From Minutocellus sp. GHC0000111 (Eukaryota), in contig OZ361257.1 in NCBI GenBank assembly GCA_977018835.1, positions 1,798,001-1,862,000 of the forward strand: a DNA stretch of 64,000 nucleotides, given 5' to 3'. Below the pieces are notes generated by a model. The model saw nothing but the letters and a program-made list of their open reading frames with translations. It was not told the origin of the DNA and did no database searches. This document shows, piece by piece, positions 42,583 to 52,474 of this stretch (position 1 is its first letter; each line of letters begins with the position of its first letter). Position numbers and translations under genes: made by a program.

Positions 42583-45500
42583 TTACTCAATAACGGGAGT
42601 AATGTAGACGCCATTGCAATCAGCGTCCGTAAAGGTCAAAACCTTGAAGTACGGGTTCGACTCGGCGATCTTCTTGAGCCATTCGTTACAAGCTCCACAC
42701 GGAGCGAGGGGGTTGATGTCATCTTGTGAAGGAACAACGGTCCGCTTGGTCTTGCCACTGCTCCGGCCCCTGCCGAACGTCGGCCGGAAGGTGGAATTGG
42801 TATTGAGCTTGATCTTCCTCATGGGCGTTCCCGGTGGTGAGGTAATAGAGTTGGAATGTTTTCGGGATAGATCGATTGACTGGTGAAATGCCACGACGCC
42901 CGACTTGTTTGGTGTAGGAGCAGCATCGGCAGAATTTTTGCCCGATTCATCTCCCTTTGGTACATCGGCCATGGTCCAAGACAAGGGACTCTCATCGTCA
43001 TTATCATTGCCTTCGGTATCATTCCCCTTGGAGTCGCCACGGTTTCGTTTCTCTTCAATGATGCTCGAAAAGCTTGTGGTACTGTTCGAGCGGGGCATGC
43101 TTGCAACACTACTTCTCTTCTCTTTCGCCTCGGCCTCGAGCTTTTGATTTATTTCCGACAAAAATTGCTTACCTTCAGGGAAGGACGAGCCTGCTGCAGA
43201 CGAATCAGCGGAAGTAGTAGTGGCGCGTCTAGGGGACCCTTCGGTGGAACCAACAACGGCGCAAACCCCAAGGTCCAAGCCAGGGGGCGGGCTCGGTATT
43301 TGAGGAGGAAATGCAGCATCGGAGGGCGCATCCTTGCCGAGAGGAATGGCTAGCACAGCCACCATTTTCAAGTCTTCCCTCTTGAGACCAGGGTTACTGG
43401 CAAGAGCAGTACCAATGACATTGCGTTCCGCACAGAGACTTCCGGTTGGCATAGAAACCTCCATATTGCTACCCCGGTAGAGTTTGGGTTTGCCACCGTT
43501 CTTGGCGTCGGCGACAAGCAGCACCGCCAAGACAGGCTTCTTTGTTTTTCGGAGCCAAAATTTCTTGATATCATTCGAGTTCTCATCCAACGTCTCTAGA
43601 AAATACTGTCTGAACGCACGCATTTCGTTGATAACAAGTCGAACCTCCTTGTCAGAGATTTTGGCAACATCAAGAGCCGGAACGGTCTCCATCTCTTCGA
43701 ATGCGTGAACCTCGATATCTTCATCACTAAGTTTGCCATCATGCCAGAAAGTCTTGAGTTGCCAGAAATGGTAGTACGTCGGTCGATACGTCTGGCGGAG
43801 AGATGTTTGGATGGCATGGGTTCGGGCCGGCGATCCGTCTGCAAACGAAAGAGCTACAGAAAAGCTTTGCTTCCAGTCCGGGTCAAATTCGTTGGGCGAT
43901 GCTCTTTCCAGCTGAACGTCATCAGGATAGGGCAGCCCCCTTGCATGGGCATCGCGGTAGGCATTTATGCAGGGCAAAAGCTCTTCCTTGGCAAAGGAGA
44001 TGTTTTCATCGTATCGAAAGATGTTGGTATCCGAATGAATTCGAACAACGGTCACGTCGGGATAAAGTAGCTTGATGAAAATTTCCATCAACTCCGAGCA
44101 GGCTTGTGTTGAGTTGCCCGTGATCGAATGTGTCCAATTTCTCGGTGATCCCACACCTGACACCAGGACAAGCACCTTCTTCACATTTCGGGCATCAGTC
44201 GAGGGTGTGTCGTACTTGTCAGCGATGTCTGCATGCCATCTTCGTAGGAGGATGGCGAGAAGGGGAAAGAAGGCGCCGTTGATCACGACGTCCGATGGTC
44301 CATCAGCGGGACAAGTGACGACGTCATCATCCTCAGCCAAGTCGACGTGAAGCGAGGCTCCCATTTTGGTAACATCCTTGCCACGAACCCGGAGAGATGG
44401 CACCTCATTCGTTTGGACACTCAACATCCCTTCGTCGTCCTCTTTTTCTCCTCCAAGATCAAATCCGACCGGCAGCATCCGCTCTCGATTCTTGACTCTC
44501 GGGGTCACGAGGTTGTACCGGGACGACGCATCGCTTCTTTCATATCTTGGAAATGATACCACCGAGTCCATCAATGCGTCGTGCGAATCGCTGAGCAACA
44601 TTTTGGAACGAATCGAATCCAATATCCGACGGGTAAACAGATCAAAGGCCGAGAATCTCGGTCGGCAGAGGGCATACTTCTCGGTAGGGTCGGCATTGAT
44701 ATCATCAGCAGAAGAATCGCCGGCAACAACGTAGCCCTTGGTATCCTCGTCAGCCATTTGCTCCCGCTCGGCACGCCGAGGAGTAGTCATCAGGGCCTTC
44801 ATCCCACCGGTGGCACCCAGCTGTTTCTTTAACGCAATGCCGAGAATCAGATCGGTATGGCTAACATTGTGGACGAGCATCTCCATATAACGCTGCTGCT
44901 TCGGTAGTGGTTGCACTTGTGACATCTGCTGTGGTGGGATGGGGGTTTGGGTGGCGGATGCCGATGTTTGGGACATAATGGAGTTCGATCGACGAATGAC
45001 ATCGTCATAATCTATCTGGTGCTGGTTTCGAGCTGGTGTTGTTGGCCCGTTCTTCTCTTGATCTGCATCGTCATCGTCATCTAAATCGTCTTTGGCGAAA
45101 AGCAACCATCCCAGTATGAGAGGTCCCAAAACCCAACGCCGAAACATCACTTTGCGTGTATCGAATGTAACATGATGCATATCCCTACCCGACAGAGTCA
45201 GTGGCCACGAGGCCAGTGTCAGCAGGAAGGGCCAAGTCGTACCGAGCGAAGTGCGCAGCTGTTTCACTCGAATCTTGACCTTGCGCGTCAGAGATACAAT
45301 GGCCCGGCACAGATACTGCTTCAATTTTGCTTGGATTTTCCGCAAAGATGCGAAGGCGGATACTTGAGTATCTTCATTCGAGAGGCGCTGATATTGGATT
45401 TCCTCACGCCCCGAACGATGTGAGAATCTTTGCTCGAGCAAATTCAGCACATGTCGTGTTGCGGCCGAAGAGATGTGATACCCCAGCGCCGCGGCAGCAC

Positions 45501-45783
45501 CCATAAGTGCCGATCGCAGTAGCGAGACGGCTAAGGTTTCCATATCGCTCGCGTTTGAGAGATTCAGCCACGATGGAAGGCTGCAGTCCTCTGACACATC
45601 TCGTGACGGACACGAACCGACGGTAGCTGCATCGCTTCGTCCTGCAGACGCATCTCCGTATGTCGATCCGAAGCCGCCGACGTCAGCATCATTCCAGAAC
45701 GAATCGGATTGTCTCCTGGCGTAGCTGCTAGAAGGCACTGCCGAGGTAGAAGTGGTGGTAATCTGTACCGTGCGGCTGATCAT
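42583..45783 (-). CDS. Large protein with N-terminal hydrophobic segments and a C-terminal cytidine-deaminase-fold Zn site split by a long insertion
   Basis: 'G.NMEVS...SLCAERN.I' near 43430 and 'PCGAC.EW' near 42695. About 200 low-complexity residues separate them. Confidence 0.85.
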   Translation of the reverse strand: MISRTVQITTTSTSAVPSSSYARRQSDSFWNDADVGGFGSTYGDASAGRSDAATVGSCPSRDVSEDCSLPSWLNLSNASDMETLAVSLLRSALMGAAAALGYHISSAATRHVLNLLEQRFSHRSGREEIQYQRLSNEDTQVSAFASLRKIQAKLKQYLCRAIVSLTRKVKIRVKQLRTSLGTTWPFLLTLASWPLTLSGRDMHHVTFDTRKVMFRRWVLGPLILGWLLFAKDDLDDDDDADQEKNGPTTPARNQHQIDYDDVIRRSNSIMSQTSASATQTPIPPQQMSQVQPLPKQQRYMEMLVHNVSHTDLILGIALKKQLGATGGMKALMTTPRRAEREQMADEDTKGYVVAGDSSADDINADPTEKYALCRPRFSAFDLFTRRILDSIRSKMLLSDSHDALMDSVVSFPRYERSDASSRYNLVTPRVKNRERMLPVGFDLGGEKEDDEGMLSVQTNEVPSLRVRGKDVTKMGASLHVDLAEDDDVVTCPADGPSDVVINGAFFPLLAILLRRWHADIADKYDTPSTDARNVKKVLVLVSGVGSPRNWTHSITGNSTQACSELMEIFIKLLYPDVTVVRIHSDTNIFRYDENISFAKEELLPCINAYRDAHARGLPYPDDVQLERASPNEFDPDWKQSFSVALSFADGSPARTHAIQTSLRQTYRPTYYHFWQLKTFWHDGKLSDEDIEVHAFEEMETVPALDVAKISDKEVRLVINEMRAFRQYFLETLDENSNDIKKFWLRKTKKPVLAVLLVADAKNGGKPKLYRGSNMEVSMPTGSLCAERNVIGTALASNPGLKREDLKMVAVLAIPLGKDAPSDAAFPPQIPSPPPGLDLGVCAVVGSTEGSPRRATTTSADSSAAGSSFPEGKQFLSEINQKLEAEAKEKRSSVASMPRSNSTTSFSSIIEEKRNRGDSKGNDTEGNDNDDESPLSWTMADVPKGDESGKNSADAAPTPNKSGVVAFHQSIDLSRKHSNSITSPPGTPMRKIKLNTNSTFRPTFGRGRSSGKTKRTVVPSQDDINPLAPCGACNEWLKKIAESNPYFKVLTFTDADCNGVYITPVIE

Positions 45784-46140
45784 CTTGCCCTGCGATGACT
45801 CTCCGCTCCAACACCTTCGTTCGTCATCTTTGATGAGAGAAATTCCGCCTCACGAGATGTGTGCCTGCAATTTTCAAATTTGGTCGCATCCGCAAGTTGA
45901 GGTTGAGAATCGGGATCAGAGGTTGGCTCCAAAAACGGGACCAGTGACAGCGTTTCGCAGACATCGATGTTCCTCGCGGAGAGCCAACGAGTTCGACAGA
46001 GGACGAACTGGTGGTCGGCAGGTAGTCAATTGCCAACGAATCTTCATCTGACGAAGCACTGCTGCCAACTGCCTTCGTTGCTGTGTCTTCATATTCTGTT
46101 CGCTGCGACCAGTAGAGCGCGCATCACGATCAAAATAAAA

Positions 46141-46563
46141 ATGAGATTGACTCCGCGCACTTCCACTTTCTCGTTTTTCACCACGGCGCTCCTCTACTTA
46201 TGCCTTGTGTTGCTTCAGGCAGGGGATGTATCTGCCGCTGCGTCCAGAACATTCACGGCATCAAATGAGCTCCCCCCTCGCAGAGGCTCTCATATTTCCA
46301 CCGGATTCGTCAAACCGGCACTTCTTGTGTCGACTTCGGCGGGCATGGCACAAAATGAAGTGGGACGACGAGGTGGAGGAAGAGGGGAGAGAAATACTAA
46401 TATAATGAGCGCCAATGCCAGCAGGAGAGTCGGCGATACGGCTGGTCAACAGCACCAGAGGCGGGGTAGCAGAATGACGGACAGCTATGGACTAATGAGT
46501 GGAATGTTTGACAATGAGTGTATGCAGAGACATATGAATACCGATATTCAGGAGGAGCAATGA
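46141..46563 (+). CDS. Small hypothetical secreted protein
   Basis: ATG at 46141 followed by a signal-peptide-like segment (FFTTALLYLCLVLLQAGDVSA). No recognisable domain. Confidence 0.5.
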   Translation: MRLTPRTSTFSFFTTALLYLCLVLLQAGDVSAAASRTFTASNELPPRRGSHISTGFVKPALLVSTSAGMAQNEVGRRGGGRGERNTNIMSANASRRVGDTAGQQHQRRGSRMTDSYGLMSGMFDNECMQRHMNTDIQEEQ

Positions 46564-46763
46564 CAAATCGTTTCTAGCAAGCTACGTAGCTAGCTAGCTA
46601 GCTAAGTTCTTGAGTAACTTTTCGAGATATTGCAATGTCAATATCTACTAGTATGGCTGCACAGCTCCTTGGAATGCGGGAATCTTTTATCTATAGCAAT
46701 GCGTTTAATCAATAGAAATGCTTGTGTCATTTTTAGAACCCAAGGCTCTTCATTCTCTAAAAA

Positions 46764-48623
46764 TTACGACGCATAACTGACTCTAGCAAGCAATACAATC
46801 AACACAATTATATATGTCACCGGAAAGAAGATTCGGCTGACATCGTCGATTTTGTGCGACACCTTCTTCCAGTAGATATTGGCTTCTATTTCGGCTTCGT
46901 CCGCGAAATCTTCGGCTTCACGCCCTATTCTTCCGGATGGTGACATGTACAATTGGGAAGACGTGAGGGTTGGCCGTTTTGTCATGGAAGGACCATTGTT
47001 TTCATGAGAGCCAATCGATGAAACAGAACCGCCACCAGCCTTCAATGCCGACCCTTTGCTTTCTGTTTCTACTGGTTTGCCCTTCTTCTCTTGTCCATTG
47101 CCACCTTCGTTGGGGTAATGTTCGGATACATCTTCATTGATTACGGGCAAGCCGTCATTCGCAGCAGGATCATTGTCAGGAACGTCTTTTCTGCGCTCCT
47201 TCCAACGGTTTTCAAGATGAATATACCACCGTGGCTTGAGTGTCGATCGATGATTGTAGAAGAAGTAAATAACAGCCACTGACTCAAAGAGTGTCATTGC
47301 CGCGTACACCAGGGAAAATATACTAAAGCTCTGAAACCAAGTCATTTCGGCCGCCGAAGGGAGACTGCTCGCGACCACCAACTCGGAAGCCACAGCCGCC
47401 AACAAGGCGGTGATAGTAAGTGATATCCGTTCTCCGCAGGCAACCGGCAACCAAAACGACGCAAAGCCTGCAAAGTTCAAAATAACTTGTAACAGTATAT
47501 ATCCACGAGTATACGGTTGCCAGCTCCGCTTGAACTTGACGCTGCACATTACCACTGGCCAATCCTCCTCAGGTGCTCCCGGGTATGGAGGATACACATG
47601 CTCCTTGCATGCTACGGGCTTGTCATCATTCTCAGGTATCCGAAATTCCGAGAAAGATTGTCCTGCCGTTTCGGACCCACCGATGGAATACCCCAGACCC
47701 ATGCGAATCGGTCGAACGTACAATCCACTGTAACTCCAACTGCCAAACTCCATCTGACAACCCAAAGTATCGAACGGAAAATCATTCAGTCCGGTGAATT
47801 TGCATGTCGGTCGCAAATGTCCCGGCCGTGACCAGAATACGGTCCCATCACTCTGCACACTGGCGTAGGTATCCGACAAACTTTCCTCGAGACCCTGGTC
47901 AAGATTCCACAACTGCAAATCTGGTGTCCACATTTCAGAAGTTTCGCCAGCCGAACCACCACCCTCCCCGATCCAAAACCACGTGCTTGTCAAGTTGCCA
48001 TAATCGGCTGGGTCCCATGACAAACGAGGATCGTTCCAACGCAGCCGGAACCAAACGATGAGATCGACCGTTCCCTCGATTACATCAACGTTATGTACCC
48101 TATGAAAATTAATACCAACTTCGACGGGTACACCTGATCGATTAGTGGGAGAGGATGCCGTGGACCAAACTTTCTCCCAGGGATATGTCCCTCGGTCGTA
48201 TCCTGATAGCAAGTCGGCACGAAGTTTTGCCGATGGTTCCGAGCCATTGGTCAAGGCAGTGTTGAGCACGCGTGCATTGCCCGACGAGTCGATTGTGACC
48301 GAGGCAGACCCTTCTTGTCGTGGATTCACACGAGGCACATATTCCGGCTCGATGTCCACTGCACTATTTGCTCGTCGCTGTGCTGGATGAAAATGAGATG
48401 GTCGTCGACCATTCGCATTTGCAGCAGCAGGTATTGCCGCGAGAATGAGGCAGAAAAGGCAGCACGTCATGTGCCATAACACCATTGAAAATGAAGATAG
48501 CGATGCACGACGTCTACTAGACTGCAGGAAAGACTTGGGTGCATTTCGTTCTGAGCAGAGGAGGGCTTGAGGTGACGGCAAGCACGCCGAAGAGCGGCGG
48601 CGCTTTCCGCTCCCGTTCGTCAT
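46764..48623 (-). CDS. Pentameric ligand-gated (Cys-loop) ion channel subunit
   Basis: L..DLL.GYD, W.RLRW.DPRL.W.P.DY, WTPDL, V.SDGTV.W, Cys-loop CKFTGLNDFPFDTLGC.MEFGSW.Y, KR...Y before M1, GERISL at M2, M3 and a C-terminal ID..SRIFFP M4. The start is 48623 or 48485. Confidence 0.95.
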   Translation of the reverse strand: MTNGSGKRRRSSACLPSPQALLCSERNAPKSFLQSSRRRASLSSFSMVLWHMTCCLFCLILAAIPAAANANGRRPSHFHPAQRRANSAVDIEPEYVPRVNPRQEGSASVTIDSSGNARVLNTALTNGSEPSAKLRADLLSGYDRGTYPWEKVWSTASSPTNRSGVPVEVGINFHRVHNVDVIEGTVDLIVWFRLRWNDPRLSWDPADYGNLTSTWFWIGEGGGSAGETSEMWTPDLQLWNLDQGLEESLSDTYASVQSDGTVFWSRPGHLRPTCKFTGLNDFPFDTLGCQMEFGSWSYSGLYVRPIRMGLGYSIGGSETAGQSFSEFRIPENDDKPVACKEHVYPPYPGAPEEDWPVVMCSVKFKRSWQPYTRGYILLQVILNFAGFASFWLPVACGERISLTITALLAAVASELVVASSLPSAAEMTWFQSFSIFSLVYAAMTLFESVAVIYFFYNHRSTLKPRWYIHLENRWKERRKDVPDNDPAANDGLPVINEDVSEHYPNEGGNGQEKKGKPVETESKGSALKAGGGSVSSIGSHENNGPSMTKRPTLTSSQLYMSPSGRIGREAEDFADEAEIEANIYWKKVSHKIDDVSRIFFPVTYIIVLIVLLARVSYAS

Positions 48624-48773
48624 GGTTCCTGCGCCTGGGCTGCTGCTGCAAAATGAAATGGGCAAGTTTTGGGTGTTTCCCACTTTGAGCCCCTCAATAA
48701 TGACAAGCGCAGAAAGCCCCTCGCCACACGCCATCACGCCATGCCAGCCCACATCAATGCCAATGGCAGAACC

Positions 48774-49860
48774 ATGCTCTTCCTTCCTCTGATCCTACTT
48801 GTCGCTTTTATCCACGAACATGCCACCGGTAACGTGGTTCCCTGCGACCCATGCATCGATTCCCAGCCAAGATGTCTTTTGGCAACTCATGGATGCTTCT
48901 ATTGCTCAAGGAGCCAAAGATATGGGCATAAACTTGCTCTACGAACCCATCACCGACCTAACTCTGGCTGAAAGTGATGAATCCTCCGTCGAGGACTACA
49001 TGGTGGATCGCATCCGATACTTATGTGGGGAAGAAAAGGTGAACGGAATCTTTGTATCGTTGCCAAGTCCTACAATTATTGACGCACTCAATGCTTGTAG
49101 AGAGGCAGGTATTCCAGCAATCGTCTTCAACGCAGGAATTGATACCGCGAAAGCGAATGGATATCTTTTCATTGGACAGGATGAATCAGAAGCAGGCTTT
49201 GAGGCTGGTCGAGGTCTTGCAGCGATTGGTGGCATCGATACGTTTTGCTGCATCAACCACGCTCCTGGCGTCAACGTATTGAAAGAACGATGTGGCGGTT
49301 TTGGTGCTGGTCTGGAAGCGAATGGTATCACCAACGGATTTGTCGATGTGCATGTCGATCCAAACGATTGTTCGTTATTTGAGCAAGCAATTGTGAGCAA
49401 TTGTAGTCCGACCGCAGAAAACTGGTCCTCAGTTGGTCTCTACTTTGCTGGACAAGCCAACCATAAATGCGGCGTGGAATTCCTACTCAAATATCCAGCA
49501 ATTTATGCCGATGCGTCCAATGTTTCGGATGATTTGTATGCTGGAATGGAAAAGGGTCTCGACATCCTCTTTGGAATCGATCAGCAGACCTATTTGCAGG
49601 GGTATTTTCCAAACTCGTTCTTGACGTTGGCATCGACAAACAATCAGATTGTTCAGAATCAGAACATCGAAACCGGGCCGAGACTTATCACTGAGCCACC
49701 CTCCGATCATTATCAGCAGTGCAAGGCCAATGGATATTCCGTGTGCGACGCCAATGATAAAGGCGATGGAAGATCAATCACAAGTTCGTCGGCGCTAGTT
49801 TTGCCTCAGCTTGCTGTTGCTTTACTCGGCATGATTATAATAATTTACAGATTCTTCTAG
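48774..49860 (+). CDS. Type I periplasmic (sugar)-binding-protein homolog with signal peptide and C-terminal TM/GPI-like anchor; frame break near 48860
   Basis: D.FW......Q.AKDMG, VNGIFVS.P, AGIP.I..NAG, IGQDE..AG..AG, ERC.GF and IDQQ.YLQGY are typical of the ribose/sugar ABC-binding fold. The signal peptide MLFLPLILLVAF (ATG 48774) is in a different frame from the domain. The C-terminus is hydrophobic. Confidence 0.85.
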
Positions 49861-49900
49861 CTAAACTCTAGATAATTTGGATCTAACTCATGATACTTGT

Positions 49901-52474
49901 TTATCTCTTCATAATCCGTTTCTTTGTCTTCTTGAACATGCTGAGCGGCGACGACATGCCTTGGTTCTTGGGTGGCCCGACACTGCTTACTTCCTTCGAA
50001 AGATCTCCCTCTGTTTCATCATCCTGTTCGCTCAAGGATGCACGATTTGCCTTCTTATTGCCCCTCTCTTTTGGTGTTTGGACTTCATGAGCGTCCTTGG
50101 GTAGTATATCTTTAGTATTGTGCTTTGCTTTCTCCTTTTTCTTTGAGCTCAGCATTCGCAGCTTACTCAGTCCAAGCGATCGTCGGCGCGACTCTATTTC
50201 ATAGAGAGTCATTCCGCATGGCTCATCATCTGAATCAGATCTTGAGCTGCAAAGCATAATCATATTGTTGGGTCCCAAACCAACTTGGTCCACCCTTAGG
50301 CCCATTGCCCGAGTCATTTCGACTCGATGAGGTAGCAATACATTCAAACGAGAATCAAAGGAACGGCTCTCTCGCACCCGGTTTCCAGCACCCGTTTTGG
50401 ACTTTGGACCAGGCTCGACGTATGGAAGGGAAGCTGATTTGTCAGCGGCTACTCGAGAACAGTGACCAATCTGATTGCCATCGCCGTAGCCAAATGTATA
50501 TAGATCACCAGCCGAGCTTAGAGCAGCAGAGTAATCTCCCGATGCGCAGATTGATACAATCTTCGGTGGAGGGACGACCGCCGAGCTCTTGGAGACCGTC
50601 TTTTTGAACGCTTCCAGCGCACCAGACGAGGTCATGTAATTTGGTAAGGCAGGAGGCGTCTTCATCTCTTGATCATGACTATTGTTGATAGCGTCAGCTG
50701 GCATGCTTGCACTTGATGAACGAAATTCAGCTTCTGTAGTGACGCTCTGCTCAGTAACGTCTTCAAAATTTGTGTCGCCAGGCTTACGAGGACGCAGCTT
50801 TCCAGCTTCGTCGTAGGCACTATGGATGCCAGCGAAATCAAGGTCCCCTACAAGTCGAGGCGAATAATAATTCATTGTATGAGCCTGACCGAGCTGACCT
50901 TCGCTGTTATTCCCCCAAGCAAATACTCTGCCGCTGCCCGTCAGTGCCAAGGTGTGGGCATCTCCAGCAACAACTTGAATGATTGAAACCTGCTTGAGCG
51001 CGTCGATGCGGTCCGGTGTACGTACTCCTCTGCCAGCCTTCGCGGCACCAGCCGACGTGCTATCGCCGTGGCCCAGCCGACCGCAGGTGTTGCTACCCCA
51101 CGAATAGACCTCTCCAGTATCGGCGAGACCGACACCATGCAGCCTGCCGAGGCTAATCCTGACGAAATTCACAGAAGTCCCCTGCTCGGGCTGCTTCACA
51201 TCCGCCAGAGGCATCGGAAATGGCACGGTATTGCATTTTTCCATGCCACACTGACCACGACGGTTGGAACCAAACAAAAATGATCGAGTATGGGCGGCTG
51301 AAGTTGCCACAATAACCGCAGAATGGAGCGGGCCGGCACAAATGTGAATGACTGGTCCTCCCACCGATCGTGGCAGTAGCTTGTCAATTACAGCCGGCTG
51401 AGGGACATCGGTCACGTCCGGTCCCAATCCAAGCTGTCCAAAGTGTCCGGCACCCCAGCTCATGACGATCCCACTCGACAACGACTCGAATGCACATCGA
51501 ATGGGACTTGTGGGACCATCACCGTTACTTTCGTTTCCACCGCCGGCCCTTTTCGCCGGTGCGATGGGTCCATCAAAGAGGCTCAGTCGAGTCGATCGCA
51601 TCCGTGGTCCGTCGCCCATGAGGGCCAGCACGTGGCGCTTGCCACAACTCAACTGCAAACATCGCAAGGGCATGCGACTTGGCATCGGTACAAACCTAAT
51701 CACCGGCCGGCCGTGGATGGTCCCGGATTGCATAATGGTGCATCCGTTGGGTGATGAGGGGTCGTCATAGCAGTACACGGCATGGGTAGAACCGACGGCC
51801 ATGAGCGTTGGCGTTGATACCAGCGCTGCTGGGAGTGGGTCAGAACCATCGCTATCACTTCCTTCATCATCATCATCTCTGGTTAGTGGCTTTCGGTCTG
51901 CTGGTTCGCTTGGCTTCGCTGCTTGTGCTTCCACGGTATCGGCAGGAATCTGATCAGTAGAATCGCCGAATGTGTTGGATTTGTTCCGTCCCTTCTTACG
52001 CTTTGAGGAGGACAGCAGAAAGCCCTTCTTGAAACCTCCTCCGCCACCGCCACCTCTACCAGCGCCCTTGGGCCTTTTCTGCTTTGATGCTTTGGATGTA
52101 TCTGCGCCGTTTTCTGATGACTTTGACGTCGCCGCCGGCTTCGAGGCCGCATCAGGAGTACTTTGAGCAGCAGACACCTGATGAGGAGTGCTCTTGGCAC
52201 TTTTCTTTTCAGATGGCCGAGGAAAATTTTCTTGTCCCAGGGTAAGGAAACTTACATGGCCCCACTGATCTGGCTCATTTGCATCGGTTTTACTTGATTT
52301 TGAATCGATATCGCCAATAAGTACATCGGGAGACGGAGGCGGTACCGTGACGCCCATCGCGCCAAAATAGTTGCTGCCGAAACCGAGCGCATAGTGCCGT
52401 TTCCGCTGCCGACGGCGTGGCCTCTGGCGACCAGCGAATTTTGCGGTCGACCCAGTACTAGTAGTCTCTGCCAT
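49901..52474 (-). CDS. RCC1-repeat beta-propeller protein
   Basis: CG.RH, SWG.G.FGQLGLG, AG.LHS, GRLHG..L...GEVYSWG.N..GRLGHG and AG.AHTLAL...G.VFAWG.N..GQLG. First in-frame ATG is 52474. Confidence 0.92.
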   Translation of the reverse strand: MAETTSTGSTAKFAGRQRPRRRQRKRHYALGFGSNYFGAMGVTVPPPSPDVLIGDIDSKSSKTDANEPDQWGHVSFLTLGQENFPRPSEKKSAKSTPHQVSAAQSTPDAASKPAATSKSSENGADTSKASKQKRPKGAGRGGGGGGGFKKGFLLSSSKRKKGRNKSNTFGDSTDQIPADTVEAQAAKPSEPADRKPLTRDDDDEGSDSDGSDPLPAALVSTPTLMAVGSTHAVYCYDDPSSPNGCTIMQSGTIHGRPVIRFVPMPSRMPLRCLQLSCGKRHVLALMGDGPRMRSTRLSLFDGPIAPAKRAGGGNESNGDGPTSPIRCAFESLSSGIVMSWGAGHFGQLGLGPDVTDVPQPAVIDKLLPRSVGGPVIHICAGPLHSAVIVATSAAHTRSFLFGSNRRGQCGMEKCNTVPFPMPLADVKQPEQGTSVNFVRISLGRLHGVGLADTGEVYSWGSNTCGRLGHGDSTSAGAAKAGRGVRTPDRIDALKQVSIIQVVAGDAHTLALTGSGRVFAWGNNSEGQLGQAHTMNYYSPRLVGDLDFAGIHSAYDEAGKLRPRKPGDTNFEDVTEQSVTTEAEFRSSSASMPADAINNSHDQEMKTPPALPNYMTSSGALEAFKKTVSKSSAVVPPPKIVSICASGDYSAALSSAGDLYTFGYGDGNQIGHCSRVAADKSASLPYVEPGPKSKTGAGNRVRESRSFDSRLNVLLPHRVEMTRAMGLRVDQVGLGPNNMIMLCSSRSDSDDEPCGMTLYEIESRRRSLGLSKLRMLSSKKKEKAKHNTKDILPKDAHEVQTPKERGNKKANRASLSEQDDETEGDLSKEVSSVGPPKNQGMSSPLSMFKKTKKRIMKR

